From a bacterium (lineage in GTDB: Bacteria > Electryoneota > RPQS01): a stretch of DNA of 64,000 nucleotides. Each line of letters starts with the position of its first letter. Positions within the stretch are counted from its first letter, which is position 1. Below are positions 10,178 to 21,402 of this stretch, one piece after another. The position numbers and the translations under genes are program-made. The notes below the pieces were generated by a model. The model ran no database searches, was not told the DNA's origin, and worked only from the letters and a program-made list of their open reading frames with translations. The stretch lies in NCBI GenBank assembly GCA_020846695.1, contig JADLDM010000187.1, forward strand, positions 1,010 to 65,009, given 5' to 3'.

Positions 10178-13100
10178 ATGATTATGAAGAGACTTGTATT
10201 TATTTTGCTCATGGTTTCCGGCGCATGGGCCGGAACAGACACGGATTGGAAGTAGGAGTATTGGATTGCCACCGACGCCATCAATGAAGTCGAGCGCGGT
10301 GACTTGGACTTGTGCAACGTTTTTTATCGCGTGGATGGGGATCGCGCGATTCTGAAGACGACCTTGCGCGAGGATTGGAAGCAGAGCGGCTCGCTTGAGT
10401 GGACGATCGCACTCGACGGACGCGATCTGCGCGTGAAACCGGAGACCGCGCAGATGCTGGGCATTTCCCTTGAGCAGTATCGCGGCGTGTTTGAGCTTGC
10501 GATTCCGCTCAACGGCGCAAAGGGCGTGCTTGAGTCTGTCGTGATTTCGACTGGCGAAGATCGGATTGAGTGGTCGCGCGATACGCATCGTTCACTCGAC
10601 GGTTTGACCGGTAACTGCGCGTTTGTGCATCACGGAAATCAGGGCTTGACCTACACGGACGTCTTTCGCGGAAGCGGCTCGTCGAACGGTTTCGATGAAG
10701 TCCTGAGCATTCATGATACGCGAAATCTTCCCGGTAACTTTCATCTTTCAGGCACGCTGATTACGGCTGCCGATTGGTATGACAAGCCGTTTTTGCAGTG
10801 GATGCGTGATGGAATCGCCGAGGGTTGGCTCGCCGTGCTCACTTCCGCCTATGCGCAGCACATCATGCCCTTTGTCAATGACAATATGAATAACTGGGCA
10901 GTACATATCGAGCAGGAGTTGATCAGCGACAAACTTGGCTACGAAGCGCATGTCGCGTGGATTCCCGAGCGCGTGTGGTGCGCGCAGGGCATTTCGCCCG
11001 ATGCGGGACTCAGCGATCCTTGGCTCGGCGATAATTGGACACAGCACGGCGTGAACGCCGTTATACTTGACGACTGGCCTCATGTTTCCGGACACGAAAG
11101 CCGGCAGATACATTGGATGAACAACGGAGCCGGCATCACGCTCCGAGTGATTCCGATTACCGGCAGTTTCACGGGAAACTGTCACTACGATCCCGGCGCG
11201 GCTATCTCGCAAATTCAAGGAACCGGACAATACCGTATTGTTGTCTATGGAACCGATTGGGAAGCCGCAGCGGAGATGGCGGATTTCAGTTGCCCCAACT
11301 GTCTCGAAAACTACTCCCAAGTTGCCAATTGGGTCGCCGACAACATGCCCGCTGTCGAGTCATGGAAGCTCGATGCCGCGCTGAATAATCCTGACTTCAA
11401 CGGAACCGGAATCAACGTCGGCAACGGAACGTACGGATTGATCGGCGGAGATCAGGGGTACGGCGGAACCAATAACAGTTGGTACACTGATTGGGCGGGT
11501 ACCGCTTCACATTCGGATTATCATACACCATCTCCGTGGAACTACGGACAGATTTGGACGACGGTTTACAATCAAATTGTTGCCGCGCCCTCAAACAACC
11601 TTTCTGAAACCGCCTGGTACGTGATGATGACCAACCTGCACGAAACCGCGTGGCATGATTACATGGGCGGCCCGATCAGCGGTTGGGAACATCGCTACTC
11701 AAGTCACATCAAGAATGCCGCAGTCTATGCCGAAGCTGCTCGCTGGGCCGCTGGGCTCTACGCGACCACCTGCGCCGCCTTCTATTCGGACATTGATATA
11801 GACGGCATCAACGAGCTTGTGATTCACAATGATCGCGTGTTTGCGGTGTTTGAATCCATTGGCGGCCGCGCGCAGTACATCTTCTCGAAAGGCCCCGGCA
11901 GTGAGAACTTCTCGATTGTGGGAAGCTGCAACACTTATTGGGCGGAGACCGACGGCGACTACGACGAATCCGGTTCGAACAATCATCAGGCCGCATTCGC
12001 CGAAGTCAGCCCGCACTATCGCAACGACCTTTTCGCATTGAGCATTGACTCCAGTTCGACAAGCTATGCGAAGATTCGCCTGTCCTTCGGAGGAGTTACC
12101 AAGACCATCGAAGTTACGCCGGGCAATCCTTATCTCGACGTGCGTTACAGCGTGGGTGCGCAGGATTGCTACATCAAGCACGGCATCACGCCCGATCTGC
12201 TCAGTCTAATTTGGGATGCGGACATGGAGCGCGTCTATGATCCTTCGGTTGCTTACACCGGATTTCGCAATCCGAATGGCGGAGCAACAGGTGCGCTGAT
12301 TCTGGGTAACGGCGGCGCGACTCATAATCTCGAATTTTCCGGCACGCTCCTGCGCGGCGATGAAATCAAAGGCAGCAACGATTTCGGCTATCTGTTTTAT
12401 GCTGGGCCTACTTCACCCGCCGACCCGCAAGGGAACATCACGGAACTTGAAGCTCTTGCGGCGTTGAATCTGGATCACTTCGCACCGAAGCTGGATGCGC
12501 AAGCCGTGTTCATCAATGCGAACACCATCGAGGTCTCGTTTAATGAATCGGTCCATCAGACGCTCGCGCAAACACCGGCAAACTGGTCGCTATCCGGTTT
12601 CACGCAGAGCCACACGGTGACTGCCGCCGTGCGTCAATCCGATTGGAGGCGCGTGAGACTCACCGTGACTCCAAACCTCGCGGGTGGTCAGACCGGACTC
12701 GTCTCGGTGATCAATGTGCAGGACTTGAACGGCAACGCCGTCAATCCAAACTACGACACGGCGACGCTGAATACTCCGTCGGGCTTGACGCCGCATACGA
12801 TTGTGATTGACGGCATCAAAGATTTTGACGTAGCTAACGAGTGCCTGTTCGTCGGAACGGACACGCTGACAATTACGTGGGATACGTCTGCTCTTTACTT
12901 CGGTTACTGGAACAAAGACCTCGCGACGGGCGACTTTTTCATTGACATTGACACGAATCAGACGGTTGGCTCCGGCGCGGCGACAGATTCTTGGGGCAGA
13001 GTGAATCTTGCCAATCCCTATCGCATCGAATATCAGATTGCGATTGAGGGCGGACCCAACAACATCCAAATTAATCGCTGGAACGGTGCAAGCTGGGTCT

Positions 13101-13603
13101 TTCTGAATCATGGATCGCATGGCGCGACAAGCTACAATGGATGGTCTGGAAATCCGTTCACCGAAGTCCGCATTCCGTGGAGCGATTTGAACAATCCGAC
13201 CAAGATGGCGTTAGCCGTTCACCTCACACAGGAGAACACAACCACTACGACGCGCGCATTTCCGACTACAAATCCCACGGGCGTGATGGTAACGCTTTCG
13301 CAATTCTATTTACTCTTCCCGCCGCATACGTCCGGTCCGCTGCCAATCTTCGGAGCGCGCACGAAGAACATTCTTTCTGCGCCGCTGCAAGTCGCCGATT
13401 CGCTGGTGATTCAGCCAGTCGCGGGTGTGCCGCGCTTAACCTGGCCGATTGTTCCGCAGGCGCACACCTATGAAATATGGAGAGCGACGACTCCCGATGG
13501 TGTCTATTCGAAAATTGATGACACCGCTGCGACGACTTATGACGATTTGGCGCCTCCCGCCGATAAGGCATTTTATTACGTTATCGCGCGCGGCGGACTT
13601 TGA
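10178..13603 (+). CDS. Large exported GH57-like protein (4-alpha-glucanotransferase-like core, Ig-like domains, terminal FN3-like domain), interrupted by an in-frame TAG at 10253-10255
   Basis: HHGNQ, NFHLSGTL, YAQHIMPF, WIPERVW and YGTDWE motifs. Signal peptide MIMKRLVFILLMVSGAWA from ATG 10178 is in frame with the 1099-aa ORF but separated from it by TAG. May be a pseudogene or a sequence error. Confidence 0.72.
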
Positions 13604-13655
13604 ACTAAGAATATTGTCTTGGCTATACGATACATGAATCTATAAGGAGAAGAAA

Positions 13656-16439
13656 ATGAAAAACTGGCGCAAAATGTTTCTACTCGCCGCAATTATGGCG
13701 GCAACAAGTGCCTTCGCAGTTCCAACCTTTACACCCGTCATAGACGGAGTAAAAGATGCAGGCTGGGGCAACGTACCCGACATCTCACCATCCTCACAGG
13801 CGCAGCCCATCACTTTCAATCTCGACAGTGGCCTGTATATCACAGATGATGCGGCAAATTTGTATTTCGGATTCTGGGGAACGCCTGATCCCTGGGATGA
13901 TGCCGCAAATGTGCACATTCATCTTCTAATTGACACCGGCACCGTCTCTGGTGCGCTGTCTGCTTGTTGGCCCCCGGTCGGAGTGAACTACGCAATGCCC
14001 AATCGCCCTGAGTACGCAATCATGATGCAATGGGGCGACTACTATGTCGGTGACACTGCCTCAATCGGAGAGAGCTTCGTCATGCGTTACAACGCGGGAT
14101 CTTGGTCGCAAGTGGAGCCCCAGATTGCTTTGGACGCAGGCGGATCCGATTCATGGACAGAAATCGCGGTTCCCAAGTCAAGAATCAACCGTCCGGTGGA
14201 AGGTCAGCCCATAAATATCAGCATGTGGCTGCGCCCCTCATTTTGGAACGCCACCTCCCCGGGTGGTGTTGCCTGTCTGCCTGCTCAAGCAAACTTCCCC
14301 TCAGATAATGGCGCCGTTTCTGGGAGGACTCTCACTGTACAACAGGCCTACATGATGCAGGTTGCCGCGAATGACACCGTTCGCCCGCGCATTCATCAGG
14401 TCAAGCAGATTGATCGAACCGGAGTCGAGATTCAGTTCAATGAACCGATGCTCGAGCAGACTTTGGGCAGCTCGCTGAACTATACAACCTTTGGCTGGCC
14501 ATTTAACGGGTCGCGCTATATCACCACGCAGAGTGTCGGAATCAACAACTTCGCAGGCTTCACGGCAGGAAACACATATTCGGTACTGTGTCTGCCCGGT
14601 ATTCGCGATATCTCCAGCAATTCGATTGATCCGGCATTTGATTCCGCAGGTTGGGTGGCGCCGACCTATGCTGATGTCACGTTCCGAGTGATTGACCAAA
14701 GCGCAACCCATGATTCTATCGAAATGAAGGGCTCGTTCAATTTCTATCACGAGCACGATAACTTCTGGGGCGGCGGCAACCAGATCATGTACGACAACGG
14801 CACCCACGGAGATGATGTTGCCGGAGACCACATCTTCACTCTGCTGTGGCCGCTTGTTCCGAGTCCAAACACTTATGAGTGGGGCTGCACTGACGAGCTT
14901 GACAGCTGGTTAGTCGTGGAAGGCAATCAGACATTCAATATTGCGGACGCAACTCCCATCACAGTAACCTACACGATTCCGAGCCTCACGATTCAGGATG
15001 TCACCGTGACTTTTCGCTGCGACATGCGCTGCGTTTTCGATCCGATTGACAGCGTAACTGTGGCCGGTGTCTTTGATAACTGGACCGGAGCGCTGATGAC
15101 CGACGCAAACTCTGACGACGTGTATGAATTGACGATCATCATTCCAGCAGGATCCTCACGCGCTCAAGAATACAAGTATCGTCGTCATGCCGATCTGGGA
15201 CAAACGTACTACGAGGACCCCATGCCGAATCGTGCGTTTGATATCACCGATGAGCAGACGGTCTATGATTTCGGCATTCAGCTTTTCGCCAACTACGAGT
15301 GCGTGCCCCGAATTCAAGAAGTGAGACAGATAGACCAAACAGGGGTCGAAATCCGATTTGACAAAGAGATGTCGGAACCGGCGCTCTCGATCTTGGCAAA
15401 CTACACAATGTTCGGCTGGGCGGCATCCAGCATTCGTTACACATCCCCCTACGTAGTTGCCTTCGAGTATCCGACCGGATTCGCTCCCAACGTTACGTAC
15501 TCCGTTCTATGCGGACAGAACATTACGGCTGTTGACAATACGCCGATTCACTTAGACTACGATTCAGCAGGCTGGATTGCTCCCGATTACGCCGACGTGA
15601 CATTTGAAGTAACCGATCAGACCGCGACTCACGATTCACTTCGCATTCGGGGATCGTGGAATTGGTTCCATGAATACGATGTGGCCTGGTCCGGTGGAAT
15701 AACGTGGCTCTACGATGACGGAACACACGGCGACGTAACCGCAGGCGATCACATCTTCACGACGGTTTGGGTGCTCGTTCCAAGCGCCACGGATTATGCC
15801 TGGGGAGTCGAAGATGAACTCGGTAACTGGCTGCTCGATGGTCCCGATCAGACCTTTAACTTGCCGGACAACAACGACGTCACGGTGACTTACACCATAA
15901 CCCAAGCGCAGGCGACGACGGCGGATGCAACCGTGACCTTCCTTTGTGATATGCAGTGTCAGCCGGCAGGCTATGATGCCGTGAATGTTGCCGGCACATT
16001 CAGCAGCTTCACGCCGGTTGCCATGACTGATGCTGACCTGAACGGACAGTACGAAATCGCGGTGGTGATTCCCGCCGGCTCACCAAGCTTGCAACAGTAT
16101 CTCTTCCTCAAACACACCGTCGAGGGAGATGTGGCCGAACCCATTGCGATTCGTCAATTCACAATTCTTCCCGGTCAGACAGAAGTGAATCTGGGCAACA
16201 AGTTCTTCGGCGATGAACTCTGCCAACCGACCAACCTCACTGTGTATCGAGTTGGTAATTCAATTGAGTTGCGCTGGAGCGGCCCCGATCGCGCAGCCTA
16301 TCAAGTGTGGGAGCGTGATGTGCCGGACCAGATTGCCGAGCTTGGCGCAATCCTTGGGACAACCTCAGCCAAGAGCTATTCCTACTCTCCGATCACACCT
16401 CTGAAGGCATTCTATCAAGTCAAGACCGTGATGCCTTAA
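13656..16439 (+). CDS. Secreted multi-domain protein with a tandem ~307-aa duplication (Ig-like, DxGxxGD and CBM20-like modules); no catalytic domain recognised
   Basis: SD AAGGAG, signal peptide ..SAFA. Repeats start at 14385 (PRIHQVKQIDRTGVEI) and 15306 (PRIQEVRQIDQTGVEI). Confidence 0.75.
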   Translation: MKNWRKMFLLAAIMAATSAFAVPTFTPVIDGVKDAGWGNVPDISPSSQAQPITFNLDSGLYITDDAANLYFGFWGTPDPWDDAANVHIHLLIDTGTVSGALSACWPPVGVNYAMPNRPEYAIMMQWGDYYVGDTASIGESFVMRYNAGSWSQVEPQIALDAGGSDSWTEIAVPKSRINRPVEGQPINISMWLRPSFWNATSPGGVACLPAQANFPSDNGAVSGRTLTVQQAYMMQVAANDTVRPRIHQVKQIDRTGVEIQFNEPMLEQTLGSSLNYTTFGWPFNGSRYITTQSVGINNFAGFTAGNTYSVLCLPGIRDISSNSIDPAFDSAGWVAPTYADVTFRVIDQSATHDSIEMKGSFNFYHEHDNFWGGGNQIMYDNGTHGDDVAGDHIFTLLWPLVPSPNTYEWGCTDELDSWLVVEGNQTFNIADATPITVTYTIPSLTIQDVTVTFRCDMRCVFDPIDSVTVAGVFDNWTGALMTDANSDDVYELTIIIPAGSSRAQEYKYRRHADLGQTYYEDPMPNRAFDITDEQTVYDFGIQLFANYECVPRIQEVRQIDQTGVEIRFDKEMSEPALSILANYTMFGWAASSIRYTSPYVVAFEYPTGFAPNVTYSVLCGQNITAVDNTPIHLDYDSAGWIAPDYADVTFEVTDQTATHDSLRIRGSWNWFHEYDVAWSGGITWLYDDGTHGDVTAGDHIFTTVWVLVPSATDYAWGVEDELGNWLLDGPDQTFNLPDNNDVTVTYTITQAQATTADATVTFLCDMQCQPAGYDAVNVAGTFSSFTPVAMTDADLNGQYEIAVVIPAGSPSLQQYLFLKHTVEGDVAEPIAIRQFTILPGQTEVNLGNKFFGDELCQPTNLTVYRVGNSIELRWSGPDRAAYQVWERDVPDQIAELGAILGTTSAKSYSYSPITPLKAFYQVKTVMP

Positions 16440-16458
16440 GGATTCGAAATACGGCATG

Positions 16459-16495
16459 AAAAAAGGGTCGCGATATTTCGCGGCCCTTTTCTTTT
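16459..16495. terminator. Bidirectional intrinsic terminator
   Basis: AAAAGGGTCGCGA-TATT-TCGCGGCCCTTTT with A and T tracts, between convergent genes. Confidence 0.85.
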
Positions 16496-16510
16496 CTCAA
16501 CACTTGAATT

Positions 16511-17857
16511 CTATCTTGTCAGCAACAGCGCTTCGCCCGGCTCAAGCGGCAACGACGTGTCGAGACCCAACGAGTAACTCTGATCACTCAAGACGTCATG
16601 CCAAGCGCCGCTCGCGCGCGAATCGGTCAATCGAAGTGAAATCGGCGTCGAGCTAAGATTGGCAATCACCATCACCTTCGCACTATCCTTTGTCCGTTGA
16701 AAACAGAAAGCTCGTTCAGGCTCCGAGTGCGAAATCACAACGAGGTCGCCGCCCTCCGCTCCGTTCAAGAGAGCAGGATGCGTGTGCTTCAACTCAAAGA
16801 GCTTACTATAGAAGAGCGTCCATTCACTCTCCTTCCATCCCACACTATCTTTGTCGAAGAACTTCAGCCTTCGATCAAGTCCCACTTCCTGACCTGTGTA
16901 CAACAGAGGAATGCCGGGGGAAGTCATCGCCAGCACGGCAAACGCTCTTGCCAGTGAACCGAAACGCTCAAACTCCGTTCCGTTCCAAGTGTTCTCGTCG
17001 TGATTGCTGGTGAAGTACATCCTGAACGCGTCGCGCGGATAGTCGGCTTCATTCTGAATAAAATAGGTTCCCAATTCTCCCGCAGGCCGCCTGCGCTGCG
17101 CCACGTCCACCATCGTATGAAAAAGATGCCAACCGTAACTTGCATCAAACGCCGAATGATACTCCGCAGCTTCATGTTCCGCCAGCATGAAGAGATGTTT
17201 GCTCTCGTTCAGCTTCGAATAGGCGTCTTTCCAGAAATCAAGCGGAACCATGCCCGCTACGTCGCAACGAAAACCGTCAATATCCGCTTCACGCACCCAG
17301 AACTGCATCGCGTCAATCATCCACGCGCGCAACTCTTGCGAATCGTAGTTCAAATCCGCAACATCAGACCAATCGGGAACCGGCGGAATCATCGCGCCCG
17401 ATGAATCACGCGTCATCCACTCGGGATGTTCGGTCACAATCGGATTGTCCCATGCGCAGTGATTGGCAACCCAGTCAATGATCACATGAAATCCCATCTC
17501 GTGACATTCTTTCACGAGCGCTTTGAAATCTTCGAGTGTTCCGAACTCGGGATTTAACGCGCGATAATCACGGACTGAGTAGTAGCTTCCCAAACTCCCT
17601 TTCCGGTTCTTCTCGCCAATCGGATTGATCGGCATGAACCAGAGAATATCCGCGCCGAGGTCTTTCAGTCGCGGAAGATGGGAACGAAAAGCGGCGATAG
17701 TTCCTTCCTCCGTGAACTGGCGAAGATTCACTTCATAGATCACCGCGTTGCGTGACCACTCAGGATGCGCGACAGACGGCGATTGTGCGCGCACGGCATT
17801 CGTATAGCTCATGGCTGCGAGCAAAATGAGAATTAGCAGACGAAAATAGCTCTGCAT
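16511..17857 (-). CDS. Secreted GH13 alpha-amylase
   Basis: IYEVNLRQF, DWVANH, DGFRCDVAG, MLAE and FTSNHDEN motifs. Start moved to MQSYFRLL (signal peptide). Confidence 0.9.
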   Translation of the reverse strand: MQSYFRLLILILLAAMSYTNAVRAQSPSVAHPEWSRNAVIYEVNLRQFTEEGTIAAFRSHLPRLKDLGADILWFMPINPIGEKNRKGSLGSYYSVRDYRALNPEFGTLEDFKALVKECHEMGFHVIIDWVANHCAWDNPIVTEHPEWMTRDSSGAMIPPVPDWSDVADLNYDSQELRAWMIDAMQFWVREADIDGFRCDVAGMVPLDFWKDAYSKLNESKHLFMLAEHEAAEYHSAFDASYGWHLFHTMVDVAQRRRPAGELGTYFIQNEADYPRDAFRMYFTSNHDENTWNGTEFERFGSLARAFAVLAMTSPGIPLLYTGQEVGLDRRLKFFDKDSVGWKESEWTLFYSKLFELKHTHPALLNGAEGGDLVVISHSEPERAFCFQRTKDSAKVMVIANLSSTPISLRLTDSRASGAWHDVLSDQSYSLGLDTSLPLEPGEALLLTR

Positions 17858-17867
17858 GGGCGAAGAT

Positions 17868-20800
17868 TTAGAATTGTGGTTCGATCCAATAGATAGCACG
17901 ATCCGAGACAATCGGATCGGAGTAATTTGTCGTGGTCGTCGTGCCAATCAATGTAGGCACGGCATCGGGCGCCGGCGCGCGCCAGATCTGATAGTAGGAT
18001 GCGGCAAACACAGCGGGCCAGCGTAACGTCACGTTTCCTCCGTTCGGATAGATCGTCACGTCACGCGCGGAAAGCGAAAGCTCAATCCACTCGCTTGCTT
18101 CGATGTTGCCGTTGGAGACAACCGCAGCAGGAACTTGTCCCGTCAACGCGCCGCCGTTTGCAGTTGCGTAGCGACCGATGCAAATATACGCGCGGTTGGG
18201 GTAACTTCCAAACTCATCTATCAGGTTCAGCGTTCCTTCCAACACCGCGCCCGTCGCAGAGCCAGTTCCACCGGTCGCATCAAACCAGCCGCGCCATCCG
18301 TTGTCCGCCTCTTCCGCAAGAAACGCGCTCCACGCTGCAACCTGCCCCGCCTTCGACCACGGAGCAGTCTGCATCGCGCCGGGCAGTGATGCGATCATCA
18401 GAAAACGATCCGCGCCTGTTCCCTGCGCGCGCTCGGTCGCAAGATACAGTTCACTTCCATTCCAATCGGCCCATAGATTGATTCCCGAAACAGTTCCCAG
18501 CAACGTCGAACTCGTCTCGAGCGTTCCATCCATCAGGAATCCACTTCCGCCCGTCGGTGTTGCGGGAATGTGCCAGTCGAGACCCGTGTTGTTATCCCAA
18601 TTCCCGAGATTATCCGTGAAGACAAAATCCACGGATGTTGCCGACATCGGAATCGTGTACGTATAATGCCAGACTTCCGCCGTGTCGTGGATCATCACCG
18701 GATTCGGATTCACTACTCCTTGCCAGCCGGAATGTCCGATGTGAATATAGAGTGGCGATGCGCCTTGCGGCAGCGTTCCCAAGTCCGCATTGTAGTAGAT
18801 CGTCACCTGATCGCCGCCGTGCAGCGTATCGGGATCCCACCACACTCGATCACCGCCGCCGCCGTTGCCCTGTCCCGTTCCGACGTAGGTGTGAAATATC
18901 TCCGAGCGGGAGACGTTGCCGAGTGAGTCCGTCGCTTCAACATAGTAATCCAAGAGCACGCCGCCCGCGTCGGTGACCTCCGAATCATTCAGATGATAGG
19001 TGTACTGCTGCGCGATGTAAGAAGGCAATTCCTCAAACACGATGTCGCCATAACCATAGGGATTGCCGGCGGGGAACACTCTTCTCGTCATCGCGCGCGA
19101 ACGCCACGCCGACACCTCCGCGCCGCCCGAGTACGTCTCATTCTGAAAGGACGACAGCGGATTCGCGCCGTCAAGATCAAGCCTGTAGTTCAGCGTCGCG
19201 TTCTGCACTCCACTCACATCCGAGATGAATGTCCACACGCGAAAATCTCTCGGATTCTGCACCTGCGTGTATCCGTGCAAAGGGCCGTAACCCGTCGCGC
19301 CCGGATTGTGCGGCCATTGCTGTGGACTCCAAATTGTCGGACCAACCGGATCACCGCCACCTTGCAGAATCTGATCCGCGTAATCCGTAGCTTCATTGCA
19401 AGCAACAACCGGTTTCTGCTCCATGTCCAAAATCGTGCCGTAATACATGTAGCCTGAATTCAAAGAGCCAAGGAGAAAATGCCACGCCAGATCAATCAAT
19501 CCCGGTGAATGCAAGCGCGGATCCTGAATCGCGGCAAGATTCGGAGCGCTGCCGATTGCTTCCGCAGTTACGACACGATTCGTCGCCGCGGTAATCACCG
19601 CCCAGTTGTGCGCGTCAATCGCCCAACCGTTGTCAATATCAATTTGACCGGACGAACTATGTAGCGGCCACAACCAATTGGGAAAATCAGGATCGCCGAA
19701 ATCGCCGTCCGCATTCACCCATGCGCCGTCTTCAACATGAACAACATCGTTCAGTGGAACCGCGTGATCTGCCAGATATTCAGGAACCGTCGTCGGTTCG
19801 TAACCGCGTGACACGGCTTGCGAAGTGAAATTCGGAACACTCTCCATATAATAGGAGTAGCCGCCGCCGAAGGCATTGTCTCCGTCGTGCCCGAGTACGA
19901 CCAGCATTGGACGACTCGGATCGTTCCACGAGGCAATCGCGTCTATGTCATTCGGCGAATAAGGCTGATAGCCGTCCCACCAACTCATCGCCATCGCAAC
20001 CGGAACCACAACAATCGAATCGGCAATTCCCGTAGAGGGATCAACATGTATCGCGCGATGCGGCTGAAAGGAAAATGGAACGGCATCAGTCGGCGAGCAG
20101 CCGCGACTGATATATTGCGTGTTCCAATTTGTCTGCGCGGAATTTACCTGATCCGCAAGATTGGGAGGATTGCAGTTCTCACCTCCGGTTCCAAGCGTCA
20201 ACGGAAAGTTCGAGCAGGCGCGCGAAAGATGCGTCGAAGAAATAAACGTCCACGTCAAGCCGCAATCGCGCAGAACTGGAATAATTCTCTCCGAGAAAGC
20301 AATCTCAGGCGGAAAGAATCCGGTGGAGGGTGCGGGCGAAGCTCCCCACACGCTTGCATAGACCTGCTGATAAATTTGTATATCCTTCTTCAATACCTGC
20401 GGATCAAGCAACGGCGCGAAACTGTGATGATAGGAAATCTGAGTCAACTCCATCTGCGGTCTTCCGCCCGATGTCGTCCAACTGCGCGCGGTCTGATTGT
20501 GCAAGTTCCACGAAGAGTTGTATCCCTGCTCATTGAACGCAGCCAGACTCCCCACGTTGCGCAGGAGACCGCCCGAGTAGGTTACCTGCGCACCGGCGTC
20601 CGCCCCACTCATCACGTCTATCGAGAGCTTGGGCCGATCCTGGTAGGCCGCCACGCGATCCGCTATCCCGAAGATCATGGCCACGTCATTTTCGGGATGC
20701 GGCCAGCCGCCGTTCCTCCGCAATATGGACTCGTGCGCCGTCTCGTAGCCGTTCCCATAGGTGGACTGGTCCGGCCAGTAGATCGGCTGTTCCATGTGCC

Positions 20801-20882
20801 AAAGGTAGGTCGTGTGGATCGGGGCTGCCAAAACCACAGAGGCCGCGACCAATCCCATAAAATAATTTGCTATTGCACGCAT
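17868..20882 (-). CDS. Secreted GH57/GH119-like hydrolase with CBM25/CBM53-like starch-binding module and terminal FN3-like domain
   Basis: WHMEQPIYW, YHHSFAPL, FFPPEIAFS and HDGDN motifs; CBM-like HIGHSGW..DFVF..WDNN. SD GGAGAGG and a signal peptide. Confidence 0.72.
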   Translation of the reverse strand: MRAIANYFMGLVAASVVLAAPIHTTYLWHMEQPIYWPDQSTYGNGYETAHESILRRNGGWPHPENDVAMIFGIADRVAAYQDRPKLSIDVMSGADAGAQVTYSGGLLRNVGSLAAFNEQGYNSSWNLHNQTARSWTTSGGRPQMELTQISYHHSFAPLLDPQVLKKDIQIYQQVYASVWGASPAPSTGFFPPEIAFSERIIPVLRDCGLTWTFISSTHLSRACSNFPLTLGTGGENCNPPNLADQVNSAQTNWNTQYISRGCSPTDAVPFSFQPHRAIHVDPSTGIADSIVVVPVAMAMSWWDGYQPYSPNDIDAIASWNDPSRPMLVVLGHDGDNAFGGGYSYYMESVPNFTSQAVSRGYEPTTVPEYLADHAVPLNDVVHVEDGAWVNADGDFGDPDFPNWLWPLHSSSGQIDIDNGWAIDAHNWAVITAATNRVVTAEAIGSAPNLAAIQDPRLHSPGLIDLAWHFLLGSLNSGYMYYGTILDMEQKPVVACNEATDYADQILQGGGDPVGPTIWSPQQWPHNPGATGYGPLHGYTQVQNPRDFRVWTFISDVSGVQNATLNYRLDLDGANPLSSFQNETYSGGAEVSAWRSRAMTRRVFPAGNPYGYGDIVFEELPSYIAQQYTYHLNDSEVTDAGGVLLDYYVEATDSLGNVSRSEIFHTYVGTGQGNGGGGDRVWWDPDTLHGGDQVTIYYNADLGTLPQGASPLYIHIGHSGWQGVVNPNPVMIHDTAEVWHYTYTIPMSATSVDFVFTDNLGNWDNNTGLDWHIPATPTGGSGFLMDGTLETSSTLLGTVSGINLWADWNGSELYLATERAQGTGADRFLMIASLPGAMQTAPWSKAGQVAAWSAFLAEEADNGWRGWFDATGGTGSATGAVLEGTLNLIDEFGSYPNRAYICIGRYATANGGALTGQVPAAVVSNGNIEASEWIELSLSARDVTIYPNGGNVTLRWPAVFAASYYQIWRAPAPDAVPTLIGTTTTTNYSDPIVSDRAIYWIEPQF

Positions 20883-21293
20883 TTCCTCTCCACAATCGTC
20901 TAATGTGACGGTGTCACGTAAGGCTCAACTCGGGATTTTCACAGCTCGGCTCCCGATCCATCCGCCACGCACCGCCGCACAGATTACATTTGCATCTTAA
21001 CGCAATAATATACGCAATTTCGCCTTCGGAAGCACTTGCCACAGGGGGCTGTAGCATTTTGTCGCGACGTCACAAATCATTGGAATCTGACTCTAAATAT
21101 CATATTAGCATGAGGATAATGGAAATTCCTGGGTTGCAAATTGGTTTCAAATCATGTATATTGTTGGTGATGAATTGCGGCCGAATCCACTGTTCGCCAT
21201 TATCCGCAATCAATCGCCAGAATCGAGTTCCGCTGGTGACCATAAAACTGTTCCGCGCGGGATTCTGCTTGATAATCAACAATCACCCGATTT

Positions 21294-21309
21294 TGTGAGT
21301 CCCGTCACC
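21294..21309. promoter_or_regulatory. Rex/Crp-type box upstream of the tetraheme cytochrome gene
   Basis: TGTGA-GTCCCG-TCACC; an FNR-like TTGAT-N4-AACAA also lies at 21269-21282. Confidence 0.45.
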
Positions 21310-21402
21310 CGCGCGACTCTCAACCCAATGCCGACAAATAGGTGGCTCGGCAAGCTGAACAGCCCGGACCACCATAAACCACACCTCAAACGGATAGAAG
21401 AA

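Noticed and set aside
21154..21402. N-terminal extensions of track ORFs (also those starting at 1121, 4790, 17947, 24138, 31969 and 38779)
   Set aside because: They overlap neighbouring genes or promoter regions; downstream starts give proper signal peptides or gene coupling.
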